A stretch of 43,154 nucleotides of DNA from Octopus bimaculoides (GCF_001194135.2 NC_069000.1:32996841-33039994); one strand, 5' to 3'. Positions 12,748-24,598 are shown, counted from the first letter of the stretch. Numbers and translations are program-made. Notes: a model not told the origin generated them from the letters alone.

Positions 12748-12833
12748 TTATATTAGAAATCATTAGTTAGATTCATTAGTTATATTAGAAATCATTAGTT
12801 AGATTCATTAGTTATATTAGAAATCATTAGTTA
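12748..12833. repeat. 32-bp tandem repeat, about 2.7 copies
   Basis: Unit TTATATTAGAAATCATTAGTTAGATTCATTAG. Confidence 0.9.
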
Positions 12834-13389
12834 TGTCCATGGTTCGAATTCCGATGTAGTCTATTGGCCCCTTATCTATCCGAGTTGGTGATTGGCAGTG
12901 GTGATTGAATAGTGAAAACTGTCTATTTTTTGACTGAACTAAATTTTTTTATATTATTTATCACTTAACACATAAGTGCAATTCCGTGAAATATTCATGC
13001 TTATTTACGTGGAGATATGTGCAATTTAACTAAAGGTTGCATCATATGTACAGCGATATTTTTTTTTTGTTTATGGAGAAAATAGCATAAATAAAAGTGA
13101 ATATTTATTTTATGAGTGTTGAGTATTAAGTCTATAGTATTGTGCATAGAGTATATAGATTATATATATAAAGTGCATTAACTGTTCATCATATTCCAGT
13201 TTCTTTCAGTTATCAATGAGCAGCGAATGAGCGACTATCTTTCCATGCAGACACGACACAGGCGACGCTTTCATGATTTTTAGAGAAAGTTTTCAGATAG
13301 GAACAATAGGAACCAATAGGTACACCATTAGTTCCGTGGAGTATTCACGGGTCTCGCTTTTTAAAATAAATTTGCGTAAGAACTTTATA

Positions 13390-13620
13390 GCTATCTGAAG
13401 TGTTAGCTACCTATCTCTCCACCCTGAAAACGGAGACCGAACCTACCTAATGTTTTTATACTTCTACTTCTACTTGCATATACTTGACGTTTTGCGAACA
13501 ACGTCTGCCAACATTATGAAATAATTCCGAACCCCTAGAAACAGCTGTTGGACTTATAACAACATACCTTCTCCACATAATTTTATGTGACTTTGTTCTA
13601 GATGTAAGTTTGCTCTGTTA
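13390..13620 (+). mobile_element. Solo Penelope terminal-repeat fragment (same family as 5600-5812)
   Basis: Shares TATCTCTCCACCCTGAAAA and CCAACATTATGAAATAATTCCGAACCCCTAGAAACAGCTGTTGGACTTATAAC with the end of the 4436-5812 element. Confidence 0.7.
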
Positions 13621-15166
13621 ATATATAAATAACTATAACAAAGTGTCAAAGCTAAACAGTGACAAATATATTTCAACTCATCTAATTCTCCTCATACTTC
13701 CACGCTAGTTAGCGCTGACGTTTCGTTATTTACCTCGGTTCTAGCGATCTACGAGCGCAAATTAGTCAATGCGCTGATTGAATTATATATAAGCTAGCAC
13801 TTTATTAAGTTCGTTTAGAGTTGCCTCTCTTAGATACATCTCATTGATAAGAGTTAATAAACTCGTAACATCGATGGCTGGGATTCCTAATAGCTGGCGA
13901 CACTGAACGAACGACGTGTTTTCACACCATTTCACCATAAGAATCATTTATTCTCCACGGTAACTGCAGTGTATTTGCCTTTTAGCAGTTATAATACGTG
14001 ACAAACATATTTCAACTTAACTCATTCTGCTCATAAATATCTATATGTTCCTGCGAGAATATTCATCGTCTGAGAATTTTCAGTCTGTGTTTTCTTTCTG
14101 TTTACATGTATATATGTGTGTATATGTCATATATCTAACTCGAGCGATTTTATTGTTTATTTACATTTTTATGTGGTTGGTTATCACAACAGGTTGTCGA
14201 AGTGTGAGATATACTATATCTTTATTTACAATGTTTTCATTCGTAAGTTATAACAAATATTATTGCTTATTAATTAAAAGCTATAATGATAATCTCGTTA
14301 CTTATAACTTAATTATAAGTATTTATCACTAAGCATAACTCTTAGTTTAGGTTGCGTAAATGTTATGATGTAACATACCAAGACGCTGAACGTGCGTTCA
14401 TTACGTACATGCATGTTGAAGATATGGATTATATTTTTTTGACCGTTGCACATAAAAAAATACAGTTTCATTAATATACAGAAATAAATTCAACAAGTTG
14501 AAAGAAACGAGAAGTAAAAGGAATTAAGTTTCTACATTAATTTATTATATACATTTTTTTTACATTTATAGAAATTTAGAAATCAAATCATTTCGTCGTA
14601 GAGAATTACGACTTAGATTTTATATTAACTAATTTCTCATTCTAACTATAAGGTTTCACGACAATTCAATATTGTCGGATTTGAGTATTGAACATGGTAT
14701 ATATATTAGCCTATACTCAAAAGGGTGAGTGTCGTGGGTTTTAGTAACATCCAACGATCACTGGAGATTTTGCCGAAAATCAGGATTTTTATAACTACTC
14801 ATACACGAATCATAGAACCGTAACCCCGTGAAAGATTTCTTCAACGAAGTTCATAATTCGTATATGGGCAGTAATTTTTAACCAATGAGAAATCAATAAT
14901 TTCTCATGTTCGGGCAAACGAACTTACGTTCTCTCTCCGCCTCTTATGAGTTTGCTACAACATCATTATCTCCATATCTGCTTACCTGGATTCCTCTTAT
15001 AGCCACTCTACACCCCGCAGACTTAGTCCTTGGTAGATCTTTACCGAGGTGAAGTGTAAATTCAGATCATATTTTCTATATTGAGTACCTCTGGATCTCA
15101 TATATTGACTCTCTCTCTTTCTCTGCTTCGCTCTCTCTCCAATTCTCTCTCTCTCTTTGGCTCTAT

Positions 15167-15253
<87 letters not shown>

Positions 15254-15404
15254 TGTGTTTGTAACGTGTGTGGTATCTTTGTTCATGTGGTTTACCAACA
15301 TCAGCACCTTGCAAACCATTGTTGGTTTGTGGACGTCCGCGTAACTTTGTGGTTCGGCAATTAATACCGATATGTATGTATGTATGTATGTATGTGTGTG
15401 TATA

Positions 15405-15835
15405 ATAACTTAGATAGCTTAGATATGTTTTGGCCAATTACTGCCCCCCCACTACCATGTCTAATTTAGTAGTATCACTTGATACGATCTGTCGAGTCAT
15501 TTTAAAGTGAAGTTCTGTGGCATCATGCGCCATTCAAGTAAGGTGTCGTTGTTAACTGATATGCATCCAGGTATAGGTGGCTTAGCTGGTGTCCCTAGAA
15601 GAAATTTGTCCAGGTTTCGTTTCAAGGCGAAGGGATCTTTTTCTTTTTTTATTTGTTTTAGGATAATACTAAATAGAGCAGGGATTGTTGAAGTAAAGAA
15701 ATTTAGTTGCAGTGAATTTAAGTGTTGTGATCGTGAACTGTGTATGGCACGTGGTCCCGGTCTTGGATGAATTCTGAATCTAATGCTAAGGTCATTTGGC
15801 CAATGGTGGTTGTATATCTCCACATTGTGCAAATG
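15405..15835 (-). mobile_element. 3' end of a CR1-group LINE (post-RT C-terminus and 3' UTR)
   Basis: Translation NDLSIRFRIHPRPGPRA...LNFFTSTIPALFSII..KEKDPFALKRNLDKFLLGTPAKPPIPG.ISVNNDTLLEW resembles the C-terminus of invertebrate CR1-group ORF2 (LFN..P...FK..LDKFL..PD.P..PGY...N.LL). Followed by a short-repeat tail. Confidence 0.75.
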
Positions 15836-16128
15836 ATGTAGCGCTTACGGCGGCGATAGGAAGTAGTCTAATATTCAGACATACGTATAAACCTACGACG
15901 GTAAAAATGGGTATTCGTATTTTCCATCCTATGCTTTTATATGCCCCATTATCACGCTATTCTCTATAGTCAATAGATACGGTGAAAACTTATATTTACA
16001 AAACTGGTTTCAAATTGCGTCTAACTACTTTAACAATTTTATAATTTTCACATTACCATTTTACTGAATCAGCCATTGATTCCTATAGTATATTCTATGA
16101 ACTGACAAGTTGATTTAACAATGGAGTA

Positions 16129-16180
16129 GCGTCACCGATGAGGATTAATTCTATCCGAAATTGGCCGGCCGATCTGACGC
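16129..16180 (+). ncRNA. Type I hammerhead ribozyme (U4C core variant, AUC cleavage site, palindromic helix III)
   Basis: GCGTCA-CCGATGA-GGAT(TAATTCT)ATCC-GAAA-TTGGCCGGCCGA-TC-TGACGC. Stem I is 6 perfect bp, stem II 4 bp, and helix III is self-complementary with no loop. Predicted cleavage after 16174. Confidence 0.75.
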
Positions 16181-16849
16181 CCTGGTTTGTTGTGGGAGGG
16201 TTATCTCCCTCATCAGTGAAGAGAAAGGGGTCTGTTTAAAAGAAAATGCTCTGTGCGTGGCTAAGAGCTATTTTGACTCTTATTTCTAGCATAGCTGGTG
16301 TTGAAAAGCTAGCACCTTTAGTCACTTTTAGTGTCGATTGTATTTGCACCTTGCGCGGTGAGGGGGGAGGAACAAACCGAAACACAAAGTCACACATTCA
16401 CGCACACACACACACACATGCGCACATATACATGTATATACATAGACATACGTGTATATATATTTGTATGCATGTATATAGCAACATACACACACATACA
16501 CACACGCACATACCCATGTATATACCTAGACATACGTGTATATATATTTGTATGTATGTATATAGGAACATACACACACATACGTACATGGGTGTGTGTT
16601 TGTGTGTATCTATGATTACATGTATGTATATAATCAGTTCACGCTGATGAAATGATGCGATGTTAACACGTAATATGTTTGGAAAAAAATACAATTCATA
16701 ATCTTGGAGATCTCAACATGAAAGTTATAAGCTTTAGTTTTATATCCGTGCTCTCAACACATCACGATATGCTGCGAAAAAAATATAAAATAACTGTCAC
16801 TAGTTATTCAAGTGTAATATAATAAACACACATACACACGCACAAAAGA

Positions 16850-16882
<33 letters not shown>

Positions 16883-16902
16883 AGAGTGAGAGAGAAAGAG
16901 AG

Positions 16903-17330
16903 ATTACTGTTTCAGGTAATGGTTTGTGGTCACACTGGGCACTGACTTGGTCTTTAGTCCAAACAAATCCGCCCCAGTAGTTATTTTTTCAAGTCTGGTA
17001 CATATTCTCTCAAACATTTTTGGTGAACCACCAAGTTACACAGACGTAAACAATCTCACACCGGTTCTCCAGCGGTGAGGGAGAGGGACAAACCGAAAGG
17101 CAAAGTCACACATTCACACACACGCGCGCAAACACATATGTATATACATATAGATACATGTCTATATGCAGACACACACACACACACACACATACCCGAC
17201 AGGCTCCCACACTTTTCGTTACCCAAATTCACTCATAAAGGACTAGTCGGCCCTTGGCTATTACAGATGTCAGTTAACCAAGTACTGCGCAGTGAAACTG
17301 AACCCGAAACAACATCGCTGCAAAGTTAAC
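16903..17330 (-). mobile_element. SINE family B, diverged, with an internal CA/TA microsatellite
   Basis: Reverse complement has a GGGTTCAGTTTCACTGCGCA head, GAGTGAATTTGGGTAAACG core and GTTTACGTC...AACTTGG tail. Confidence 0.65.
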
Positions 17331-17458
17331 AAAGAATGAGGCAAAATGCCCCGAAAGTGCTTTCTTCAAACTAAATGCCTAAATATGAATACGGCAAAGT
17401 TTCCCTCATGTAACAAAGTAAATTATTGGATCCAACTAAGATTATCTCCGTAATTATG

Positions 17459-17719
17459 AAGGTGGCGAGCTCGGAGAAACGTTAGCATGCCGAGGCAACG
17501 CTTAGCTGCATTCTGTCTGTCTTAACGTTCTGAGTTCAAATTCTGCTGAGGTTGAATTTACCTTTAGTCCTTTCGGGGTCGCTACATTGAACACCAGTGA
17601 AACGCTAGAGTTGATGAAATCGATTAGTTGCCTCCACGTCAGTATCAGGCCTTGTGTCTTAGTAATTATCTATGTAATTATCTTAGTAATTATCTTAGTA
17701 ATTATCTATGTAATTATCT
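17459..17719 (+). mobile_element. SINE family A with an amplified 12-bp tail repeat
   Basis: GGTGGCGAGCT...ACGTTCTGAGTTCAAATTC...CCTTTCGGGGTCG, followed by about 5 copies of TAGTAATTATCT/TATGTAATTATC. Confidence 0.75.
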
Positions 17720-17721
17720 TT

Positions 17722-17945
17722 TATCACTTGTTTCAGTCATTAGACACCGGCCATGGTGGGTCAATGCCTTGAAGAAATCTTGGTCGAGTGTTTTAAGTCT
17801 GGTACTTACTTTGTTTTAAGTCTGGTACTTACTTTGTTTTAAGTCTGGTACTTATTCTATCAAAAAGTTTTGCCGAACCGCTAAGTTACAGGGACGTAAA
17901 CACAACAACACTGGTTGTCAAGCGCTAGTGGGGGACAAACACAAA
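17722..17945 (-). mobile_element. SINE family B 3' half with an internal 23-bp triplication
   Basis: CTTGTTTCAGTCAT...GCCGAACCGCTAAGTTACAGGGACGTAAACAC...GGTTGTCAAGCG. TGTTTTAAGTCTGGTACTTACTT x about 3 at 17789-17853. Confidence 0.8.
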
Positions 17946-18558
17946 CAGACACACACACACACACACACATATACATATNNNNNNNNNNNNNNNNNNNNNN
18001 NNNNNNNNNNNNNNNNNNNNNNNNNNNNNNNNNNNNNNNNNNNNNNNNNNNNNNNNNNNNNNNNNNNNNNNNNNNNNNNNNNNNNNNNNNNNNNNNNNNN
18101 NNNNNNNNNNNNNNNNNNNNNNNNNNNNNNNNNNNNNNNNNNNNNNNNNNNNNNNNNNNNNNNNNNNNNNNNNNNNNNNNNNNNNNNNNNNNNNNNNNNN
18201 NNNNNNNNNNNNNNNNNNNNNNNNNNNNNNNNNNNNNNNNNNNNNNNNNNNNNNNNNNNNNNNNNNNNNNNNNNNNNNNNNNNNNNNNNNNNNNNNNNNN
18301 NNNNNNNNNNNNNNNNNNNNNNNNNNNNNNNNNNNNNNNNNNNNNNNNNNNNNNNNNNNNNNNNNNNNNNNNNNNNNNNNNNNNNNNNNNNNNNNNNNNN
18401 NNNNNNNNNNNNNNNNNNNNNNNNNNNNNNNNNNNNNNNNNNNNNNNNNNNNNNNNNNNNNNNNNNNNNNNNNNNNNNNNNNNNNNNNNNNNNNNNNNNN
18501 NNNNNNNNNNNNNNNNNNNNNNNNNNNNNNNNNNNNNNNNNNNNNNNNNNNNNNNNAT

Positions 18559-18626
18559 TGAGTGGTGGTGGTCACTGAGTGCTGGTGGTCACTGAGTGCT
18601 GGTGGTCACTGAGTGGTGGTGGTCAC
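18559..18626. repeat. 17-bp minisatellite, 4 copies
   Basis: Unit TGAGTG(G/C)TGGTGGTCAC next to a gap. Confidence 0.9.
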
Positions 18627-19914
18627 CAAGAAGCTACTTAGCAAATATTTTATTCTGTATTTTATTAATTACATAGAGATTTTGTTTTAGTATATGGGAG
18701 AACTGTGGTAGTAAGGGAAACTATGCAGAGAGCGGACAGAGAGAGAGGGAGAGAGCGAGAAAGGGAGAGAAGGTAGTTGAAAGTAGAAGATAGAGAGAGG
18801 GTAGTAGAAAGAAGAAGTAAGCGAGAGAGTGATAGAGAGAGAGAGAGAGAGAAAGAAAAAGGAAGAAGTGAGAAAGAGAGCGATAGAAAGAGGAACAAAA
18901 TATAACTTGTGATTCTAAGAATAAAGAAAAAAAGTCATGAACGTAAGATCAGATAAATTGAAAGAATTGCAAAAGATTCCCAAAGTGTGGAGAGTGAAAC
19001 AGAGAGATGGAGAGAGAGGGAGAGAGAGAGAGAGAGAGAGGGGGGGCAGAAAGATAGACAGAAGGAAAAACAGAGATAGAGAACGTAAAACGTGTGTAGA
19101 AGAATGCGTAGTGCGTGTCGTGTTTGTGCGCTGTGTGTATGTACGTCAGGCTGTGGTTTGTGTGTTTGGGAGGCTGTGTTGCGTATGAGAGAGTGTATGT
19201 GTATGTCTGTATGTATGCATATGTTGTTTCTGTGTTGTTTGTGTGTGCGTGTGCGTTTGTGTGTGTGTGTGTGTGTGTGTGGTTATTTATGAGAAGAATG
19301 TATTGTGAGAAATAATACTTGTCATTTATGGATGGGTGGTCGCATACTATTTAACACGCAAAAGTCATTTCTCATGAACGTCACCACAACCACGACCACG
19401 ACTCTAATGCCACCAGCACTGCAACCTACAACAGCCACAACAACAACGACATCACTAATAACGAAAACTTCCCAATATTGGTACAAGGCCACATATTTAT
19501 TAGTTGCGAACAAGTACAATGTTCGTTCGAGCCTAATCAAGTTTCTCGCTTAGCTGATATTTTACGGAACCACTATATCTCNNNNNNNNNNNNNNNNNNN
19601 NNNNNNNNNNNNNNNNNNNNNNNNNNNNNNNNNNNNNNNNNNNNNNNNNNNNNNNNNNNNNNNNNNNNNNNNNNNNNNNNNNNNNNNNNNNNNNNNNNNN
19701 NNNNNNNNNNNNNNNNNNNNNNNNNNNNNNNNNNNNNNNNNNNNNNNNNNNNNNNNNNNNNNNNNNNNNNNNNNNNNNNNNNNNNNNNNNNNNNNNNNNN
19801 NNNNNNNNNNNNNNNNNNNNNNNNNNNNNNNNNNNNNNNNNNNNNNNNNNNNNNNATATATATATATATGTATGTATGTATATATGTATGTATGTATGTA
19901 TATATATATGTGTG

Positions 19915-20112
19915 TGTGTTTTTGTCCCCCACCTACTGTCGCTTCACAACCGATGCTGGTGTATTTATGTCCCCAAAACGTAGCGGTTCGGAAAAAATCA
20001 CGGATAGAATAAGAACTAGGCTTACAATGAATAAGTCCTGAGGGGTGATTTATTCGACTAAAGGCATTGTTCCAGCATGGCCGCAATCAAATGACTGAAA
20101 CAAGTAAGAGAA
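19915..20112 (+). mobile_element. SINE family B 3' half
   Basis: ACAACCGATGCTGGTGT...GCGGTTCGG...CCAGCATGGCCGCAATCAAATGACTGAAACAAGTAA. Confidence 0.8.
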
Positions 20113-20145
20113 TTAAGGAATATATATATATTATGAAGTTAAATC

Positions 20146-20278
20146 TTATGGCGGTCATAGAGTGACCATTGGTTTCACACCTACAAAGCGTTTAATGATA
20201 TTGGCGACTCGTCAGACTTTTGAGTCTGGCGAATATTTTATAGGTGCGAAAGCAATGGTCACTCTATTACTGATCATA
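20146..20278. mobile_element. Fold-back MITE-like inverted repeat (133 bp)
   Basis: 31-bp arms 20157-20187 and 20236-20266 with 3 mismatches. Outer TTATG/CATAA ends. Inner 10-bp hairpin 20209-20218 / 20223-20232. Confidence 0.65.
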
Positions 20279-20420
20279 ACACTTACCTTCCTAAAAACTA
20301 TATAACTACTCTAATGTTTTAGAGTGTGCTGCTTTTTACTACTGCCGATGTGTGTGTGTGTGTGTGTGTGTGTGCATATATATGCACGTATATGCGTAGG
20401 TATGATTGTGCGTGCACGCG

Positions 20421-20560
20421 CGCAGTTTCCGTGTTTCAATTCCATAGACAAAATAGGTCAGTCGAGGCTATTGTAAAAGGCTCTCAGAATACAGCGCGCA
20501 GTGAGACTGAATCGGAAAGTATGTAGTTGCGAAACGAACTTTTTAACCGCACACTCATGC
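20421..20560 (-). mobile_element. SINE family B head, diverged
   Basis: Reverse complement GGCATGAGTGTGCGGTTAAAAAGTTCG...GATTCAGTCTCACTGCGC...TAGCCTCG...CACGGAAACTG. Confidence 0.55.
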
Positions 20561-21230
20561 CAACTCGCTACATGGATACATACATACATTTCTGCTCATG
20601 TATCTGCACAATAAATGCGCATCAATTATGAACAGTTACTATAACAAGCAACATTGCAGAGAGCATAAGTTAGTAAGCTGCCTAGGAGCAGCTTCCTTGC
20701 ACTTAATCCTCTTATGTTATTGATGAAAATATAAAACAATCGACCTCTAGTTTTTCCTTTTTTTTTTCCTGAATAACAAAATGTCTATATAAGTGATGAT
20801 TTATTAATATATATCTTTGATCAACATATATCAATATTGACATTGTTTATTGTGTGTATTTAAACACAGTCAAGTTCTAAAGACTGCTTTAGGTTAGAAC
20901 ACTAGTTAATGAGATCTAAAACACACACACACTCCTAAAATATTGTATTTATTATAAGCTAGATAAGTAAAGGTAGCTTGCAATTCTATATTTTATTTCA
21001 CCTTATAAAGCAATCTAGTGGGCCCAGAAACATATGTAGAGATACAATGTACAATGCAGGGTTGGTTGAGCCTGTCCTTTGTTAATACTGTGATAACTAT
21101 GACATGATTCGGTCTTATTAGAACTCTCCAGTGAAGCAATGTTTTGGCAGCACTATCAGGCATTAAATAGATAGAAATATATGGAATTTGAGTGGATGGA
21201 TACTGAAGTAGCATGGCAACTTAAAATAAT

Positions 21231-21825
21231 CCTTTCTACTCTAGGCACAAGGCCCGAAATTTTGTGGGAGGGGGCCAGTCGATTAGATCGACCCTCAGTA
21301 CGCAACTGGTACTTAATTTATCGACCCCGAAAGAATGAAAGGCAAAGTTGACCTCGACGGAATTTGGACACAGAACGTAAAGACAGACGAAATACCGCTA
21401 AGCATTTCGCCCGGCGTGCTAGCGTTTCTTATTTCTTTATTGCCCACAAGGGGCTAAATATGGAGGGGACAAACAAGGACAGACAAAGGGATTAAGTCGA
21501 TTACACTGGGTGTGTAACTGGTACTTAATTTATCGACCCGGATGGATGAAAGGCAAAGTCGACCTCGGCGGAATTTGAACTCAGAACGTAACGGCANNNN
21601 NNNNNNNNNNNNNNNNNNNNNNNNNNNNNNNNNNNNNNNNNNNNNNNNNNNNNNNNNNNNNNNNNNNNNNNNNNNNNNNNNNNNNNNNNNNNNNNNNNNN
21701 NNNNNNNNNNNNNNNNNNNNNNNNNNNNNNNNNNNNNNNNNNNNNNNNNNNNNNNNNNNNNNNNNNNNNNNNNNNNGCTAGGAATTTCGCCCGGCGTGCA
21801 AACGTTTCTACCAGCACGCCGCCTT
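21231..21825 (-). mobile_element. Young dimeric SINE family A with a 14-bp target-site duplication
   Basis: Two head-to-tail monomers with different tails. CAACTTAAAATAAT at 21217-21230 and 21828-21841. Confidence 0.85.
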
Positions 21826-21841
21826 GACAACTTAAAATAAT

Positions 21842-21898
21842 CTTTTCTACTCTAGGCACAAGGCCTGAAATTTTGGGGGAGGGGGGGGCCAGTCGATT
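21842..21898 (-). mobile_element. 5'-truncated SINE family A tail (57 bp) with its own TSD
   Basis: Tail nearly identical to 21231-21287, flanked by AACTTAAAATAAT at 21829-21841 and 21899-21911. Confidence 0.75.
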
Positions 21899-24371
21899 AA
21901 CTTAAAATAATGAATGAGGAGAAATACACAAGAATGCTAAAGTGATGAAATAAAAATTACTAAATCGGGAGCTAACATACGTGATATCAATATTGTGTTA
22001 ATGAATTCAATAACCAGCTATATTGAAAAGAAGCAACCATCAGCAGTTGCCCCTGGGTAGTTATTCTTCTGTGTACCAAAGTTCTCTTCATAGAACTTTG
22101 GTGCGTAGCGTAAAAGTCTCAAAAAGATTTCATAAAGCGCAGTTCAGATGACTACATCTAAAGGTTGCAAGCATTCATGATTGATTCATTATTAATAAAT
22201 TTGCTTTAGTCTAAGCGAGCCTCTTGTATATATAGTGTAGTCTCACAATTCAGTACCAAGAAAATTCTTAAAATGTGACGAAGCGGAACTTCCTATAAAA
22301 GGTTGATATCAACAATTAAATTGTAGAATATNNNNNNNNNNNNNNNNNNNNNNNNNNNNNNNNNNNNNNNNNNNNNNNNNNNNNNNNNNNNNNNNNNNNN
22401 NNNNNNNNNNNNNNNNNNNNNNNNNNNNNNNNNNNNNNNNNNNNNNNNNNNNNNNNNNNNNNNNNNNNNNNNNNNNNNNNNNNNNNNNNNNNNNNNNNNN
22501 NNNNNNNNNNNNNNNNNNNNNNNNNNNNNNNNNNNNNNNNNNNNNNNNNNNNNNNNNNNNNNNNNNNNNNNNNNNNNNNNNNNNNNNNNNNNNNNNNNNN
22601 NNNNNNNNNNNNNNNNNNNNNNNNNNNNNNNNNNNNNNNNNNNNNNNNNNNNNNNNNNNNNNNNNNNNNNNNNNNNNNNNNNNNNNNNNNNNNNNNNNNN
22701 NNNNNNNNNNNNNNNNNNNNNNNNNNNNNNNNNNNNNNNNNNNNNNNNNNNNNNNNNNNNNNNNNNNNNNNNNNNNNNNNNNNNNNNNNNNNNNNNNNNN
22801 NNNNNNNNNNNNTTTATTTAAGTAATGCGAGCATTACCTTAAATGCAATATGAAGAGCAATCTTCAGCTGCACGAAAATGCAGAAAAAAGACATATTATA
22901 AATGTGGCAACATATCAAATCCAAGTGGGAGAGAGCATACATAAAAATCCAAATGTGAGGAAGAATATATATGTCGACATAGCGGAGTCTATCAGGCTAA
23001 TAATTGATTCTAGACAAAAGTTTTAACTGTCTCAGAATTCTATTGTTTCTTATCTAGTGGTGATAGCAAAGGGACAATTACTTCTAAAGAGAGGGAAGGT
23101 GTAAGCATTATGCATGGACAAGGCTATAAAAAGTATTAGAATCTAGAGGTTTCACTGGTCATAGTAGTATCAGATCATTTTATTACTAAAAGTTTAGGTT
23201 TAACGCTGCTGTTGTCAATTCTTGCTCACATGAGCCTTTGGTTTAATTTCCACCTCACCAAAGAGAGTCCGTTACATTTACTTACTTTTCTGGATATCAC
23301 ATTTTGTAATTTTTATAGAGAGCCTTATCAACATATACTCAAGTGTTGATATGGTTGAATCTGTTTCACTCTGTTTTTACTTTGACGGTGGGAGGGGAGG
23401 TTGTTAGCAGATTTCCAAACAGATTCAGGTTTTCCAGTCAATACCTTTCTTGGGCGTTACCGATTTCAGCGTCACAGCCTATTTTTGCACAACGAAACTT
23501 CACTCAATTTGAACTCATGAAGGTCATTCCACAACTACGGGCTACAATTATGCGACAATGCATATGGCAGAACCAAAGAAAAGAACAGATGATGTTGTAT
23601 GCTCCCTTTATACTGCGACAACTTGAGGGGAATTTTTATCTGTTCTGAAACTTTCATACATATCTGCTATTTTTCCAATTTTCATCTCAACTTTCCAAAA
23701 TGTTACCTTACCTTCCCGAGATTCACCACACCTTCGTGTTTTGTAGTTTTGTCTAGTTTCAAAGATTTTCGACATGATATATTAGAGCTTGGTTAACAAG
23801 TTTTACAAATGAATCGAACAGCTCAGGTGTTATAAGTATTATAAGCACAGCATATATCACTTATGTTTCTGTTAAAATTAATTACTGAAAAACGGATGTC
23901 AATGAAGTATGACTAAAAAACTTAACATTTTCTTTCTGATGTATTTCAGTGTAAATATGTACTTATTTCACAAGTGTTCATTGTTTTCATTCATTTAGTT
24001 CTGTTTTGTTTGATGTGTTTATGAAAAGCAAACCTGCGGCATTGTTTAGATATGTTTCCTTCGTTCATGTTTGTTTTATGTGCCCCAAACAAATAGGCTG
24101 AAGTAGGTTGAAGTATAAACGAGTGAAAATCAACGCAGTACATATATTATACAGAACCCTAACGGATAAACAACTAGCTGAATTCAGGGGGCTTCAAGGC
24201 AAGCTGGTTGATGGACCCTGAACGAAGCTTCACAGAAAATGATGCCCCTTTGCATATGCAGGGGAAACGCGTGTAGGTCGTCCTAACCATGAATATATGC
24301 TGTATGACATTGCAAAATAAAAGAATAAAAGAATATGTGTGTGTGTGTTCGTATGTGCATACATACATATA

Positions 24372-24573
24372 CGAGGGGGTGTTGAAAAGTTCCTGCCTTT
24401 GGGTAAGACAAAATATAGCAGGATCAGTTAATTACAATTTTATGCAACATTTTCCTCTCTCAGATTCATACATTTATTGCAGCGATTCTTGTTTCTCTAA
24501 GGCCTGTAAAAGGACCCAAAATGTTGAGCTTTTTGTGATACCCATAAAGCCAGAAACTTTTCAGCACCCCTCG
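24372..24573. mobile_element. Tc1/mariner-type MITE (202 bp)
   Basis: TIRs CGAGGGGGTGTTGAAAAGTTCCTG / CAGAAACTTTTCAGCACCCCTCG. TA on the left and TG(TA) on the right, within TA-rich sequence. No ORF. Confidence 0.8.
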
Positions 24574-24598
24574 TGTATATATACATACATACACGCAC

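Noticed and set aside
14880-15080. CCAAT box and a strong minus-strand donor CAG|GTAAGC at 14986/14985
   Set aside because: No in-frame start or acceptor and no downstream exons identified. It could be a non-coding first exon but cannot be supported.
18559-18626. Regular short repeats (also 12748-12833 and 17789-17853) that might suggest CRISPR
   Set aside because: Directly tandem with no unique spacers, in a eukaryotic context with no cas genes.
23340-23790. Possible small minus-strand gene (MSKIFETRQNYKTRRCGESRE then GTAAGG)
   Set aside because: No downstream exon with both a good acceptor and matching phase.
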